From contig NC_043009.1 in assembly GCF_006345805.1 (NCBI RefSeq), forward strand, positions 44,764,001-44,828,000: a stretch of DNA of 64,000 nt, in the 5' to 3' direction. Positions 14,840 to 28,304 of the stretch are shown one piece after another (the first letter of the stretch is position 1; each line of letters begins with the position of its first letter). This DNA comes from Octopus sinensis. Lineage: Eukaryota. The notes below the pieces were generated by a model. The model saw nothing but the letters and a program-made list of their open reading frames with translations, was not told where the DNA came from and ran no database searches. A program made the position numbers and the translations under genes.

Positions 14840-15489
14840 TTAAGCCTCCCACAAGTTCAACCATACAGCTCTTATCGCGTTAGGGCTTGCTTACCTATGC
14901 ACGTACAGACTGGATCCAGCTAACACTGCAGACGAAACCTTCATGGTTCAATGGAGAGACAGATATCTGCAGCAACGCATTGTGGAGAGCAGAGAACAAG
15001 CTGAGGCAAGCAAGATATCAGGGTCACTCACTGCACCCGTTTCCCTCCCCAGTCGTTTTGACCTAGCCTTGCCACGGAATTGAAGGTGGTCACCGACTAG
15101 AGAGTGAGGGTGACCGTGCACAACTCTTCTTCACTAGAGTCGATACTGCTTGGCACCAGTGTTAAGGCTGGTATTACTGCCAATGCAAAAAGCCACAAGA
15201 GAAGTCAGCCTGCCTGACTCCTCAAACATTTTTGCCATTCTCCACTCTAGACTGGTAATTTTTCTATCAACCTCCAAAGGATATAAACCTAAGCGCGATT
15301 TTAGATCTGAGAGCAGAGTCGGAACAAATACCGCGAGACATTCTCTCCAATGCTATAACCACTCTACGGCCAATTTGTCGCCATACTTCACCTGCACTAC
15401 ATACTAATAAAACGCTTGTCTTCTATACAGGGCTAAGGTCTGCCGTGGGCCCCGCGACTCATAAGGCCGGAGATTAAACCTGTTTCACA
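14840..15489 (+). mobile_element. Possible LTR fragment
   Basis: GC-richer block with ATATAAA (about 15281), AATAAA (about 15406) and tgtttcACA end; 5' limit unclear. Confidence 0.3.
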
Positions 15490-15559
15490 ACATTTCCCTC
15501 TCGACGGACCGCCGGTCCTTCACAGGATTAACTTCCCAACTATTGCTAGAAATAACTTG

Positions 15560-15686
15560 TAGCTGAGTGGACTGGAGCAACGTGAAATGAGGTGTTTTGC
15601 TCTAGAGCACATCGCACCGCTTGATCCAGGAATCAAAAGCACGATTTTGCGATCGTGAACGGAACACCCTAACCACTAGGACGCGA
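15560..15686 (-). mobile_element. SINE family C, 5' fragment
   Basis: gctgagtggactggagcaacgtgaaat...ccctaaccactag. Confidence 0.75.
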
Positions 15687-16215
15687 GAAACTTCCCACAA
15701 AATACAGCAATTAACTGGAACTGAAGATGGTACCTATTTCCAGCTGAGTGGCCTGACACCATTTAAGAGCTAAGTGTCTAGGCGATGGTCACAGTAAAAC
15801 GTAGACTGCTTTCCATTTATCCAGTTAATGTCTTCGTTTTCTGTATGGATTATATTCTGCCAAACGTCATCATTCTGAAGTACATTGAAGCCATAATCTT
15901 CGTTTCTTCTTCGAAATTAAATTATTTCATAGTTGTCTTTCGCTCCAATCATTCATTGCTGACTCGGTTTAATCGCATTATTTGATCCTTTCCGTCATTA
16001 CAACAAACAAAGAACTCCGATTGTCAGCTCTCATTTTCTCCAACAGGTTTGTTAGCTCTTCAGCGAAACCTGTCACTGGAATGAAAAGACTTAATCAGAA
16101 GTTTTCTGTTATTTGCTGTACATAGACCACTCACTCTGCCTCCTTTCTCATCACTCTTCGCTCCTGTATATCTAGGTTTTCTATCTGTCTGGCCATTTAG
16201 TTGGAATTCATGCAT

Positions 16216-16249
16216 CTTTCTCTTTCTCTTTTTCTCTTTTTCTCTTTTA

Positions 16250-16280
<31 letters not shown>

Positions 16281-16314
16281 TCTCTTTCTCTCTCTCTCTT
16301 TCTCTCTCTCTCTT

Positions 16315-16363
<49 letters not shown>

Positions 16364-16478
16364 ATTATAGTATATATAATTCCATTTATCAGTGTATATA
16401 TATAGATATATATATATATATTATATATATATACATATAAACATATTTAATCATCCAACTATTTATCTATCTATCTAT

Positions 16479-16510
<32 letters not shown>

Positions 16511-16558
16511 ATATATATATAATATAAATATATATATGTATGTATGTATGTATGTATC

Positions 16559-16594
<36 letters not shown>

Positions 16595-16783
16595 CATATA
16601 CATATATTTATATACATATATACATATATATATACATATATACATATATATATATATACATATATACTATATATATACATATATATATATAGATATATAT
16701 AGATATATATTGATATAGATATATATATATGTATTTATGTATGTATGTATGTATATATATAATATATATATATAGATATATAT

Positions 16784-16862
<79 letters not shown>
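16216..16862. repeat. (CT)n then degenerate (TA)n tract
   Basis: Direct reading. Confidence 0.95.
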
Positions 16863-16865
<3 letters not shown>

Positions 16866-17832
16866 ATCGGGTGAATTCTCTTCCCATTAATATACTAATG
16901 AAATTACTACTTTAACTTCATCATCGTGTAAGAAGAAATATTAATTTTATGTCATTCTCACTTGATTGTAATTATATTATCGATTACTTTATCGATCATT
17001 GAGACAAACCTTCGTCCGTTCTTTGCCCTACGTCTAAACAAAGGCAAACTAAAGACTGGGCTCTTGTTTCTCAAAGGCGAATTGGTATTTGAATCGACTC
17101 GAAAATTCTGCAGTTGTTTTGGCACAATTCTTACCGTTCAGCATCGATAAATTTCCATTTCCTAACCATTGATATATTTCAATATTCAAAGAATTATTCG
17201 TTCCAATACCATTTTTATCAAAACTAATTAATCTGTAGATATTACTACGACCGTTCGTTTAAAAATTCCTTTCAGATGAAATTCTGAATTTCGAAGACAA
17301 AAGTCGATAGGAAAGGAGCAACAACAAGCAAATAATAAAATAGCAAAAATCGCTCTCATGCTCTTTTTTATTCCTCCCATTTCACACTATCTCTTAGTCT
17401 TGTATTATTATTATTATTGTTATTATTATGTATGATTTATTATTATTATTATTAGATTATTATTTTATTATTATTATTACTATTACTATTATTATTATAT
17501 ATTATATTTTATTATTATTTTGTCATTCCTGCACACTGGGATAGCAGGAGCAGGAGGAGCAGGAGCAGGAATTGACGGAGAGGAAGTGAGAGAAAGGGAG
17601 AAGAGGAGAAGGAAAAGTGGGAGAGGGGAAAGAAGAGAGGTGGGGAAGAAGAGAGGTGGGGAAGAAGAGAGGAGGGGAAGAAGAAGAAGAAGAAGAAGAA
17701 GAAGAAGAAGAAGAAGAAGAAGAAACTACAACAAACCCTTTTTAATCGATTCTCTTAGTTTTCTTGTTGAGTATTTCAGACAAATGACAGTTTTTAATAA
17801 AAACACCCTATTGAACATGATATTCATCCAAA

Positions 17833-18222
17833 TCTATATATATAAAGCTGAAGTTGTCTGTGTATGGCAGGTTTGGTAGCCTTCAACTAACACTATCTCC
17901 TCCGAGACCCTGCGGCGCAAGTTGACCAAAATTAAGAGTATGATAGAAGAGGGCTTGCTCTTCATTCCTTAGAAGATAAAATTCAAATCGGGCCATGTTA
18001 AGACCAAAAATTATTTACATCAAAAAGGTGCTTTTTTTCTATGAAAATCCCTATTTTTTACGATTTTTTGGCTGCTGTGTCGCCATTTTTCGGTGTATTT
18101 CAACCAGAAAAATGTTCACTTAAAGAAAATAACAAGCTACATAATGCAAAATTTTTACTTTTCAAAAATTCCAATTCTAAAGGGTCGAAACAAACCCGAG
18201 CAACGCCAGGCGATACTGCTAG
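17833..18222 (+). mobile_element. Non-autonomous Helitron
   Basis: A|TC 5' end, GC-rich cccgagcaacgccagg hairpin near the 3' end, CTAG|T 3' end, no TSD; second copy at 39179-39559. Confidence 0.85.
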
Positions 18223-18471
18223 TATATTATAATATATTGTGTGTGCGCGTGTGAGCATGTGTTTGTATGCGTTAATTCATGTGCAATAAAATTAAACTAG
18301 CTGAAAAGTCGCTAATCTAATTTCTTCAATGCTATCCATATAAATACTTCAGAAGCAATAAGCTAGAAATATACACTTTTTAAACTACTTCACCGGATGT
18401 AAGATGTCTATAGATTTGCTTCTCAAATCAATTTTATTACATATATATCATGTAGGTACGTACACTGTATG

Positions 18472-18740
18472 TACCGACCAACGCCTTGTGAGTGGATTTG
18501 GTAGACGGAAAATTAAAAAGTAGCCCGTCGTATATGTATGTGTATTTTTTTTTGTTCCACCACCGCTAGACAGCCAGTGTTCGTTTGTTTACATCCCCGT
18601 AACGTAGCGGTTCGGAATAGAGGCCGATAGAATAAGTATCAGACTTTAATAAAAATAAGTCGTGGAGTCGATTCATTCAACTTAAAACTTTCAAGGCAGT
18701 GCACCAGCTTGGCCGCAGTCAATTACTGATACAAGTAAAA
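18472..18740 (+). mobile_element. SINE family A, 5' truncated
   Basis: gccttgtgagtggatttggtagacgg through gcagtcaattactgatacaag. Confidence 0.8.
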
Positions 18741-18749
18741 TACTTATAC

Positions 18750-19209
<460 letters not shown>

Positions 19210-19210
<1 letters not shown>

Positions 19211-20100
19211 CATAAATATTACTCTATCTTTAATAGATCCACCCTGAAGCTATCCTATTCCACTCCACTCAGCTTCGAATCTATTATAGCAGCCTCTAAT
19301 AAACAAATATTTTCTGTCTACTATCAAAACTCACACAATAACAACTCTAAATGCACGAGCGCCCAACATGTACACAGCTCCAGCATTGAACCCCATACGT
19401 TAGATCACAACCATAACCCAACTCACCCTACTAGCACTAACCGGAATACTACCTCAACTTCCACCACCCTTACAGATAGAATGATTGACAACAACGATAG
19501 CAATAATAACAATAATAGTAATAATAACATTAATAATACTAATAACTTAAACCTTTCTAACCTCTCTAACCTTAGACCTTCTCTAACCTCTCCTCTGACA
19601 GTATTACCTCCGCTATTCCTGAAAATAACCCCCAAAATGCACCCAGTTGTAACTGCTGTCCTGGGTCCATCTGTTCTCTACAAACCCATCGTAGAAGGTC
19701 TAATGTAATTTATAAATGCACCGTCCTCAACACATTACACATGTCTACAGCCATATATATATAGGGTCAACCATAAATTTTAAACAGCGCTATGCCGCTC
19801 ATCTCAATACGAGAAACACAGTAAATCCACAACACTCTCCAGTCACATACATCATCTCAAAAATAGAAACATTGCCTATACTCTGTCATGGTCCATAAAA
19901 GATTCAGGGCTTCCATACCAAGGTCAACGCTTAGCCTGTAAGTTATGCCTTAAAGAAGCATTCCACATATTATAACACAACTCCTCAACACTACTACACA
20001 AATATAATGAGGTTCTAAGCACATGCAACCACCGCTTTTGTCATACCTTCAAATGTTACCACAAATCTAAATGCAACCTAAATAATCACACAGTATATAT
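19210..20100 (+). mobile_element. Penelope-like element remnant: linker plus GIY-YIG endonuclease (frameshifted)
   Basis: Across frames: HKYYSIFNRSTLKLSYS, ESIIAASNKQI, CNCCPGSICSL...NVIYKCTV, YIGSTINFKQRYAAH, STTLSSHIHHLK...WSI...CKLCLKEAFHI, LLHKYNEVLSTCNHR; typical PLE linker/GIY-YIG motifs in the expected order. Confidence 0.88.
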
Positions 20101-20954
20101 CCACAACACCCCGTAGGTAATCTACAACAACCCTACCTATCACCATTTTAAATTTTAATCTTTAACTAACTCCCCATCTTACTTTATGGATCACAATTAT
20201 TTAATAATATATATATATATGAACATACAAGCGGGTACATGTGGATGTGTATAAAAATTGTGCACAGGTATTTTATGTGTGTATGTATTTGTATATAGGT
20301 ATATGTAAATATATATGTGTGTGTGTATTTGTATATACACATATATATGTGTGTGTGTGTATGTATGTGTGCGTGCATTTATATATACAAATATATATGA
20401 ATGAGTGTGTATATGTGTGTATATATATACGTAACTACCTATATGTAAATGTGTGTGCAGCTGTGCGCACGTATGTGCATGTACATGTATATATACGTGT
20501 ATGCGCACGAACATTACCTATGGATGCACGTGAGCATCCATAGGTATGTACGCTTATGTATAGGGGTATGTATATGTCTATATATATGTGTGCATGCATG
20601 TATATGTATACATATTCGCAAATATACATTCTTTCCTTCTTTTCTTACCTTTCACTAACCTAGCGCACACGTCTATTTATAGTAATTTGACATCCTCGTA
20701 TTCTTCCCTCCAGCTCAAATTTTAGTATCAAAACTACTACTCACTTTTCTCTACCTTTTTTCTACCTATCCCTTAATGCAGATCTGTCATATCACCCCTA
20801 CTCACATATCTCACATTCTTTTACTCCTCACCTTCTCATCTCTTCTTCTCCCTCCCCCACACTTCTCCCATCCTCATGTGAGGACATTATCTTGACCACT
20901 AACTAACACTTCCTCTTTCACTTCCTTCACCATTTCTTCATTTTTTCCTTTCAC

Positions 20955-22085
20955 TTTTTGCTTTTGTCTCTCTCCCGTTTTTTCAATCTTTGCTTTTGTT
21001 TCTCTCCCTTTTTTTCCCTCTTTGCTTTTGTCTCTCTCCTTTTTTTCACTCTTTGCTTTTGTTCTCTCCCGTTTTTTCAATCTTTGCTTTTGTTTCTCCC
21101 CGTTTTTTCCCTCTTGCTTTTGTCTCTCTCCCGTTTTTTCAATCTTTGCTTTTGTTTCTCTCCCTTTTTTTCCCTCTTTGCTTTTGTCTCTCTCCCGTTT
21201 TTTCAATCTTTGCTTTTGTTTCTCTCCCTTTTTTTCCCTCTTTGCTTTTGTCTCTCTCCCGTTTTTTCAATCTTTGCTTTTGTTTCTCTCCTTTTTTTCC
21301 CTCTTTTGCTTTTGTCTTCTCCCGTTTTTTCAATCTTTGCTTTTGTTTCTCTCCCTTTTTTTCCCTCTTTTGCTTTTGTCTCTCTCCCGTTTTTTCAATC
21401 TTTGCTTTTGTTTCTCTCCTTTTTTTCCCTCTTTGCTTTTGTCTCTCTCCCGTTTTTTCAATCTTTGCTTTTGTTTCTCTCCCTTTTTTTCCCTCTTGCT
21501 TTTGTCTCTCTCCCGTTTTTTCAATCTTGCTTTTGTTCTCTCCCTTTTTTTCCCTCTTTGCTTTTGTCTCTCTCCGTTTTTTCAATCTTTGCTTTTGTTT
21601 CTCTCCCTTTTTTTCCCTCTTTGCTTTTGTCTCTCTCCCGTTTTTTCAATCTTTGCTTTTGTTTCTCTCCCTTTTTTTCCCTCTTTGCTTTTGTCTCTCT
21701 CCGTTTTTTCAATCTTTGCTTTTGTTTCTCTCCTTTTTTTCCCTCTTTGCTTTTGTCTCTCTCCCGTTTTTTCAATCTTTGCTTTTGTTTCTCTCCCTTT
21801 TTTTCCCTCTTTGCTTTTGTCTCTCTCCCGTTTTTTCAATCTTTGCTTTTGTTTCTCTCCCTTTTTTTCCCTCTTTGCTTTTGTCTCTCTCCCGTTTTTT
21901 CAATCTTTGCTTTTGTTTCTCTCCCTTTTTTTCCCTCTTTGCTTTTGTCTCTCTCCCGTTTTTTCAATCTTTGCTTTTGTTTCTCTCCCTTTTTTTCCCT
22001 CTTTGCTTTTGTCTCTCTCCCGTTTTTTCAATCTTTGCTTTTGTTTCTCTCCCTTTTTTTCCCTCTTTGCTTTTGTCTCTCTCCC
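20955..22085. repeat. Pyrimidine-rich tandem array, about 64-bp unit made of two related ~32-bp halves, about 17 copies
   Basis: Repeating ttttgtctctctcccgttttttcaatctttgcttttgtttctctcccttttttttccctctttgc; explains the overlapping 380-430 aa ORFs. Confidence 0.95.
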
Positions 22086-22457
22086 TATTTTCTTTTTTCT
22101 TTTTCTCTCTTTCTTCCTCTCATTTCCTCTCCTTGCTTTAAATTTGACCTATCTCCTCTTTCTAATCATACATATCTCTCCTCCATCTATCCATAAATAC
22201 TACCAATACATTCTCAAATTTTCATTCACACCACAAAACCCTTTCGAACGAGCAACACATTATTCCACGACTTCCAACACCTTATTCCACGATGCTTTGA
22301 ATTGACTAAATATGAACTGCTATTGGAACTTACACACCAATAATGGAACTGCAACTACAATATCTTTATATATCTTATTTCTACTTTCATTCTCTTATTT
22401 CCCTCTATATTCCCTATCTTTTCCACAATAATTCGAACTCAAATATTTTCTCACGCC

Positions 22458-22505
22458 GTCTCTGATGAAGGGATATCCATAATATCCCAGAAACAGCTGT
22501 AAGAC
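22458..22505 (+). ncRNA. Minimal hammerhead ribozyme motif in putative PLE pseudo-LTR
   Basis: gtct-CTGATGA-a-gggatat(ccata)atatccc-a-GAAA-cagctg-TA-agac; palindromic CAGCTG stem III; same strand and downstream of the GIY-YIG remnant. Confidence 0.75.
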
Positions 22506-23531
22506 TATTTCATTATAAATGTCCTGAAAACTCCTTACAGCCTTGGATTTGTTGTCTCATTCGGTCTAATGTATATATATAATCCAATCAATCTATATAG
22601 ATAGATTGGTATTACTTATTACGGATTAAATAACTTACAACCATATAAACGTTTCAATATATAATTGTCTATGAAAAGGTTCATATGTATTGAAACAGTC
22701 GTGCGCCTGGTGGTTAGGATGTTGTGTTTGCAGTCATTAGGTTGTGGGTTCAATTCCCGAGCTGAGCAGTGCATTCTTTTCTTGCGCGAGGCTCTCAATT
22801 TCAGATTGTTCAAGAGCACTCAACGAAAACTGAGCACCCGTTTTGCGTGATGGTTACAACTACAACCTAAACACTTTGAAAATCCAGATAAACTCTGACT
22901 TCATGAGACTTAGTCTCGAAGCGTGAGACATTCTTTTAATTTTTTTAGTTGTTGTTCAACCTTACGTAAACCTTGGTCGAGTAAACTTATAATTAAAGGA
23001 TTTCCATCAGTGACAATGCTGTCTTTAGTTCGGGTATAATGTATCTAAAACTACACTATTCGCTAAGCCCTTTCCGTTGTTTTTAAGACAGTAGTGTGTG
23101 GATTGAAGAATATATGATTACTATTTCTTGCATGTCGAGCGACCGGACAAAGCCGCTCATGTTAGCTTGAATTGTAATATATTTAAACTAGAAGCTGATA
23201 CTACCTTTCACTATTGGCTAACCTTTCGGACTAAGGTGTGATTTACACGTAGTAACTGCACCTCATGCCGTAGCTTATTCAGTCAGTCAGTGTTGTACTT
23301 AGCCTAAGATACCTAATATAATAAATAGCATTGATTATTCTCACTGGCGCCAGGCTGCAATTTGTTGGTAATAGAAGTGTAAACGATCTGTTGCATCAGC
23401 TCTAGTTTATAACTGGTATTTGTTTTGTTGACATCGAGGTGAAGTGAAGATGTAACGCGGGATTTGATCTCAAACTTCCTGATCTAAGTTATAAACTAAA
23501 CGCTACATGTTCACGCTGAACATTATACATA

Positions 23532-23677
23532 TCTGTTTCTTTACTACCCACAAAAGGGCTAAACACTGAGAGGACAAACAAGGACAGACAAACGGATTGA
23601 GCCGATTATATCGACCCCAGTGCGTAACTGGTACTTATTTAATCGACCCCGAAAAGATGAAAGGCAAAGTCGACCTC
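23532..23677 (-). mobile_element. SINE family B, 3' half
   Basis: Reverse complement of the 29450-29600 body and tail. Confidence 0.85.
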
Positions 23678-24109
23678 AGAACATTATACATATCTATTAT
23701 ACATTGGAACAACACTACGCACTTAAAAAGGATGGGTACACAGTTTCTCTCGATCAACGGAATATCACTGGTATTCACTTTGTCAATTATGGAGGAATTA
23801 AAGATCAAGAGAGTACCATTGGGATTTGAAACCAGAATCAAATGCGCTATATAAATTAAATGCCTTAAAAAACATATGTTCATGTAATGTCATTGAGCAG
23901 ACCCCTTAGGGCATTAGAAAAATACAATATTTTAGAATATTCGTTTCGGTTCTTTATAGAAGTTCATTTCCCTCCCAGTTCAACTTAACTTTTCATCCTT
24001 CTAGTGTCGTTACAGCAACGTGCCAGATAAGTTCTAGGATCGAATCGATAGTAATGCCCCTCCCCTCAAAATTGCTTACTTTTTACCTTAATCGGAAGCC
24101 ATTGTTTTG

Positions 24110-26497
24110 CTTTGTTTTGTTTTTGTTTTTTTGTCTTTTTTGGTTTTGCTTTAATTTACGCAAGTTGCGCCCAAGTCTTCAACCAGAGACATCAAGAGAC
24201 AATATAACACACGAAGTGCCGTGCAGTTGAAAAAAAACTAATACCTGAGTATAAAATAAAATCTTTTCATAAAATTTATAACATGGAATAAGCAACATTG
24301 CATTTACATGGAGAAGAATTTACGTAAAATATGAGAGAGCCAGGAAATTGGTCTGCATGTTTGCTTGCTCTTTTTTATATCATCCCAAGTGCTCCAATAA
24401 CAATAGGTAACGTTGTTGCTCAGAGGTACTACATCCTTTTAATTTCTTTTTGTAAGGCCTTATATTTTATCAATTTCTCAAACGTTTTCGGGGATGTAGT
24501 TTTGTCAGCTGGGGCTACAACATCCATCAAGAAACATGTGTTTTCAACATGATTTTTTACAATATCTGATCGGATCGCCTGAATTTCCCGAACAGTATGA
24601 AGTTGGTAACTTCAGCATTCCGGAGAACTTGTGGTGGTTTGTGTTAACGGAGAAGGATGTGTATGCGGTATATTGATCTGTATATGTGTACTGAGCAGCC
24701 CTCTCATGCCTTTTCAAGAATTCTGCTGGAGACTACCTACCGAACTTAAGCATATCGTTAAGTAGAGGAAAAGAAACCAATCGGGATTCCCTAAGTATCG
24801 GCGAATCTCATCGGCCGCACTGGTCATCGCGAGCTGTACCGCAAAGGTCGTACACGGTCGATCGTTTTGCTCGGCTAAGTTCGGAGTTCTCTCGATCGGA
24901 GCCTTTCAGAGCGAGTGCCGGGCCCATTTGGAGTCGGTGGCGATCGGCGGTCTTCTTCGGCCCGAAAGCCAGCCTCATCCAGAGATTATGTGGTCGATGT
25001 GTCTGGATGTTCTCTGCATACGCAGCACGATGGGCTGCTTTTATGTTTCAAATCATTACACTTGTAATTCCTAGGTGGAAGGTACCAATCCTGACCACAA
25101 GAATATACTCCTCAGTTTATACACTGGTAGATAAGGCTTTGATTTATATCAGGATGCCAAGGTCTAATCGGTTATTTGCCATGCAGTGGTTTTTTTGCTC
25201 CCATTTCTCCTTAGTGTAGTATTAGATGCTGGTTTGTTTGGCAATATTTTCTTTGTTTTGTTTTTTCAATTAGGGTCGTATTTTCTTCAGGTACTGATTC
25301 GTCTAGCTGCATTTTCTGAGGGTATATTATTGCAATTTTATTCATTGAGAGCAACTTTTTGGTATTTCCATGCTTCAGGACAAGCTTCAATATCCCGTCA
25401 TTTGCTCGTTAAACACAAAGTCCTATGGTTGCAATTTTCAATGAGAATTAGGACTGTATTAACCACCGACAGTCTTCTTTTCTCAGAAAGTATATTCCAT
25501 ATATGTCTACTTTCCGGTGATACGATGGTTACCATCAGCTTTCGGATTTTGACATCACCTTTGTTGATCATAGAGATGGACTAGCTTGAATGTGATAACA
25601 GGCATGGCTAACGTTTTTATGGCCTCGAGTTTGTTCTGGCATTCAACTGAGTTTTCAGAATAGCTCTTACTCTACGACAGCATTCTTTTCTCATCTTTTC
25701 TCTCATTAGTGAGTGCTTAATTGCATCTTCACAGACACCTAGAAATTATAGCTGCCTTCAAGTTCAAAATTCTTTTATTTTGATATCTCTATCTGGGGTT
25801 ATGATGCATGTGTTTGATAGTTTTCCCTTAATAAATAAGCTTTGGCGCACTTGTCAAGCCCAAATTCCGTTTTGATGTCCTCACTAAATTTCTGTTTTTT
25901 ATGCAAAGTTTCAAATCATATACATAGGAAAAAAATGACTGATATGATAGCCTTTTCACATTCTTTGTACCCATGATTAGTTTCATGCAGGAATTTACTA
26001 ATGAGAAACAGTACTAAACAGAATAACAAAAGCGATAATGAGTCCCCTTGGAAGATTCCCTCATTATTATTGACTTCTCCAGTGTTTATAGTTATAGAAT
26101 CCGTGTTGAGAATTGATGTCGTTTCCCATAGCGTTATGACATGAAATAAAAAAAAATTCCTGATTATTGGTGAAAGTTTGAATGTCTCCAGATATTCCTC
26201 AAACCAACTGTAAAGGGGAGAATAAAAGGCCTTCTTGTAATTTCTCCTAGCTACTGAAAGATATTTTTTCCTGTTGTGGCAATCATCAAGAATCATTTTG
26301 CTTATTAACAAGTTCATCCTTGCATCAAGATGACCCACGTTTACAGCTTTTTTGTTCACCAAGAAAAATATTGACATTAATGAGAAAAGCATAAGTTCAT
26401 TCCATTAGGACAGATGAAAGAATTTTGTACATTGTTTAAACGCATGTCAAAGGTCTGTAGCTTTAAGAGAGTTTGGTTTCATCATTTTGGGGGAGCA
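24110..26497 (-). mobile_element. Decayed R4/Dong-type LINE (RT, Zn knuckle, RLE endonuclease, 3' UTR)
   Basis: GIFQGDSLS.LLFCL, SEDIKTEFGLDKCAK, KPLHGK, HIDHIISG, AEFLKRH, RSDIV...DVVAPAD...EKLIKYK...PIVIGALG motifs across frames with stops; A-rich tail near 24110. Confidence 0.85.
24728..24965 (+). pseudogene. 28S rRNA 5'/D1 fragment (dispersed rDNA pseudogene) inside the LINE
   Basis: ggagactacctaccgaacttaagcatatcgttaagtagaggaaaagaaaccaatcgggattccctaagtatcggcga matches the conserved LSU 5' end with substitutions; GC-rich continuation; the 3' limit is approximate. Confidence 0.8.
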
Positions 26498-26818
26498 AAA
26501 AAAGTGGTACCATTGACCAGTGGTCCAGGGGTCATTGACAGTTCCTTCGTAATTACGTTGCAACAGTAAGTTAGCTCTTTGTGCAGATTTGTAAAAATAT
26601 TATGCCAATACTTTTAGAGTTAATCCTTGCCAGCTGACGATTTGAACACCAAACGTAAGATGATATCATTAAAAACGATGAAGCATTTGACGTTCTGGCG
26701 CTCTACCGATTCTGACAGTTCATCACTATACGTTAATAGATTATTAGACACTAAAAGATCTCTTCATTTCAGTAATCACACAGGTGCAATTCTAATTATA
26801 TCCATGCATTTTTCTCTG

Positions 26819-26917
<99 letters not shown>

Positions 26918-27085
26918 TCTCACTAGCTCTGTCTGTATGTTTCACCAGCTAACAAGCTCCTCTGCCTCATGTGAATTCATTAATTTCGTTGTTGGCTGCT
27001 GAAGCAACACAAAGTCACACACTGACGTACGAAACGTTAGATATTGACATCAAATGTCAGAACATGAAGATGACAAGATATTTGT

Positions 27086-27128
<43 letters not shown>

Positions 27129-27843
27129 ACAAACCCATCCCCACACTCACAAGTAAATAAACTAAACTGATTTTCGTCGGTTTCGACGATGACTATTCCA
27201 ATAGTTCAATCAACAGGACTGCCTTCTCGTTGAATTTGTAAGCAAATTGCTTGACTATTTCACGGACTCGTGTACCCTCAATATAATTCTCGGGTAACAT
27301 ATACACATGCACGCATATAGATAAAGAACAAGAAGGTAATAAACAACTTAGTAATGTGTATTAAAGTTCTGTTATTAATAGTCCTTTTATTACCTTAGAA
27401 CTTGTAAAATCAAGAGCAGTAGGATGGGAGATAATTAGTAAATTAATTACTCGGAGTAACTACTCTGAGACGTCATCCATAAGGAAAACAATAAATGATT
27501 TAGTATTAACATGATTAATGCAACGATCGTTATAAATAATATCAAATTCAAAATAGCCGCAGTAAGAAAAAGACAATATTAGTAAAGTGTAGGAGACAAC
27601 TCTGATCATGCTTTTGCCTTATTGAATCTCCTCAGTGAATATAATGAAAGCTGTCAGAACCTCCTCTTGGTAACTTGGATACTTAATCCTTTGTTCTAAT
27701 GATTTTAAATATATAATTGTAGAGTGAGGAGACAGAAAGGTTGATCTTAAACTAAACAAACAAAAACTACCAGATTTGTAGTTAAAAATTGGGATACCGC
27801 CTAAAGGTGTATATATTTTGTCTACTTTTTATTTGCATCAACT

Positions 27844-28245
27844 AGGCGCAGGAGTGGCTGTGTGGTAAGTAGCTTGATTACCAACCACGTAGTTCCGCGT
27901 TCAGTCCCACTGCGTGGCACTTTGGGCAAGTATCTTCTCGGGCCGACCAAAGCTTTGTGAGTGGATTTGGTAGGCGGAAACTGAAAGAAGCCCGTCGTAT
28001 ATATGTATATGTATATATATATGTGTGTGTGTTTCAGTGTTTGTGTTTGTCCCCCCCCCCACCAACATCGCTTGACGACCGATGCTGGTGCGTTTACGTC
28101 CCCGTCACTTAGTGGTTCGGCAAAAAGAGACCGATAGAATAAGTATTAGGCTTACAAAGAATAAGTCCTGGGGTCGATTTCCTCGACTAAAGGCGGTGCT
28201 CCAGCATGGACGCAGTCAAATGATTGAAAAAAGTAAAAGAATAAA
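27844..28245 (+). mobile_element. SINE family A
   Basis: A/B-box-like head, ggcactttgggcaagt core, TG microsatellite, aaaagaata tail. Confidence 0.9.
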
Positions 28246-28304
28246 CCTTTAATGTTTAGGGGAACAAATCGTCCCCAATATTCATTTTTGAAGTCTGGTG
28301 CTTA

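Larger units (their letters stand above)
8420..17232 (-). pseudogene. Tentative decayed ionotropic glutamate receptor (iGluR/IR)-like pseudogene
   Basis: Weak but collinear motif remnants on the minus strand: ISFDKNG (17.2 kb), IEIVPF...FEILDSL...LYL (14.6-14.4 kb), KTDLTAA and LNNTVTIVFSLVSMG (12.8-12.5 kb), TEHLAIVL...PIE (9.2 kb), SGNVDG/EGS/NAILYL/LWF (8.9-8.6 kb); many stops and frameshifts. Confidence 0.35.

Noticed and set aside
20958-22305. Overlapping 383-427 aa ORFs
   Set aside because: Produced by a stop-poor 64-bp tandem array; all three frames are open and there is no splice or domain evidence.
24728-24965. Functional rRNA gene
   Set aside because: Short, substituted, apparently internally deleted and embedded in a LINE; kept only as a pseudogene fragment.
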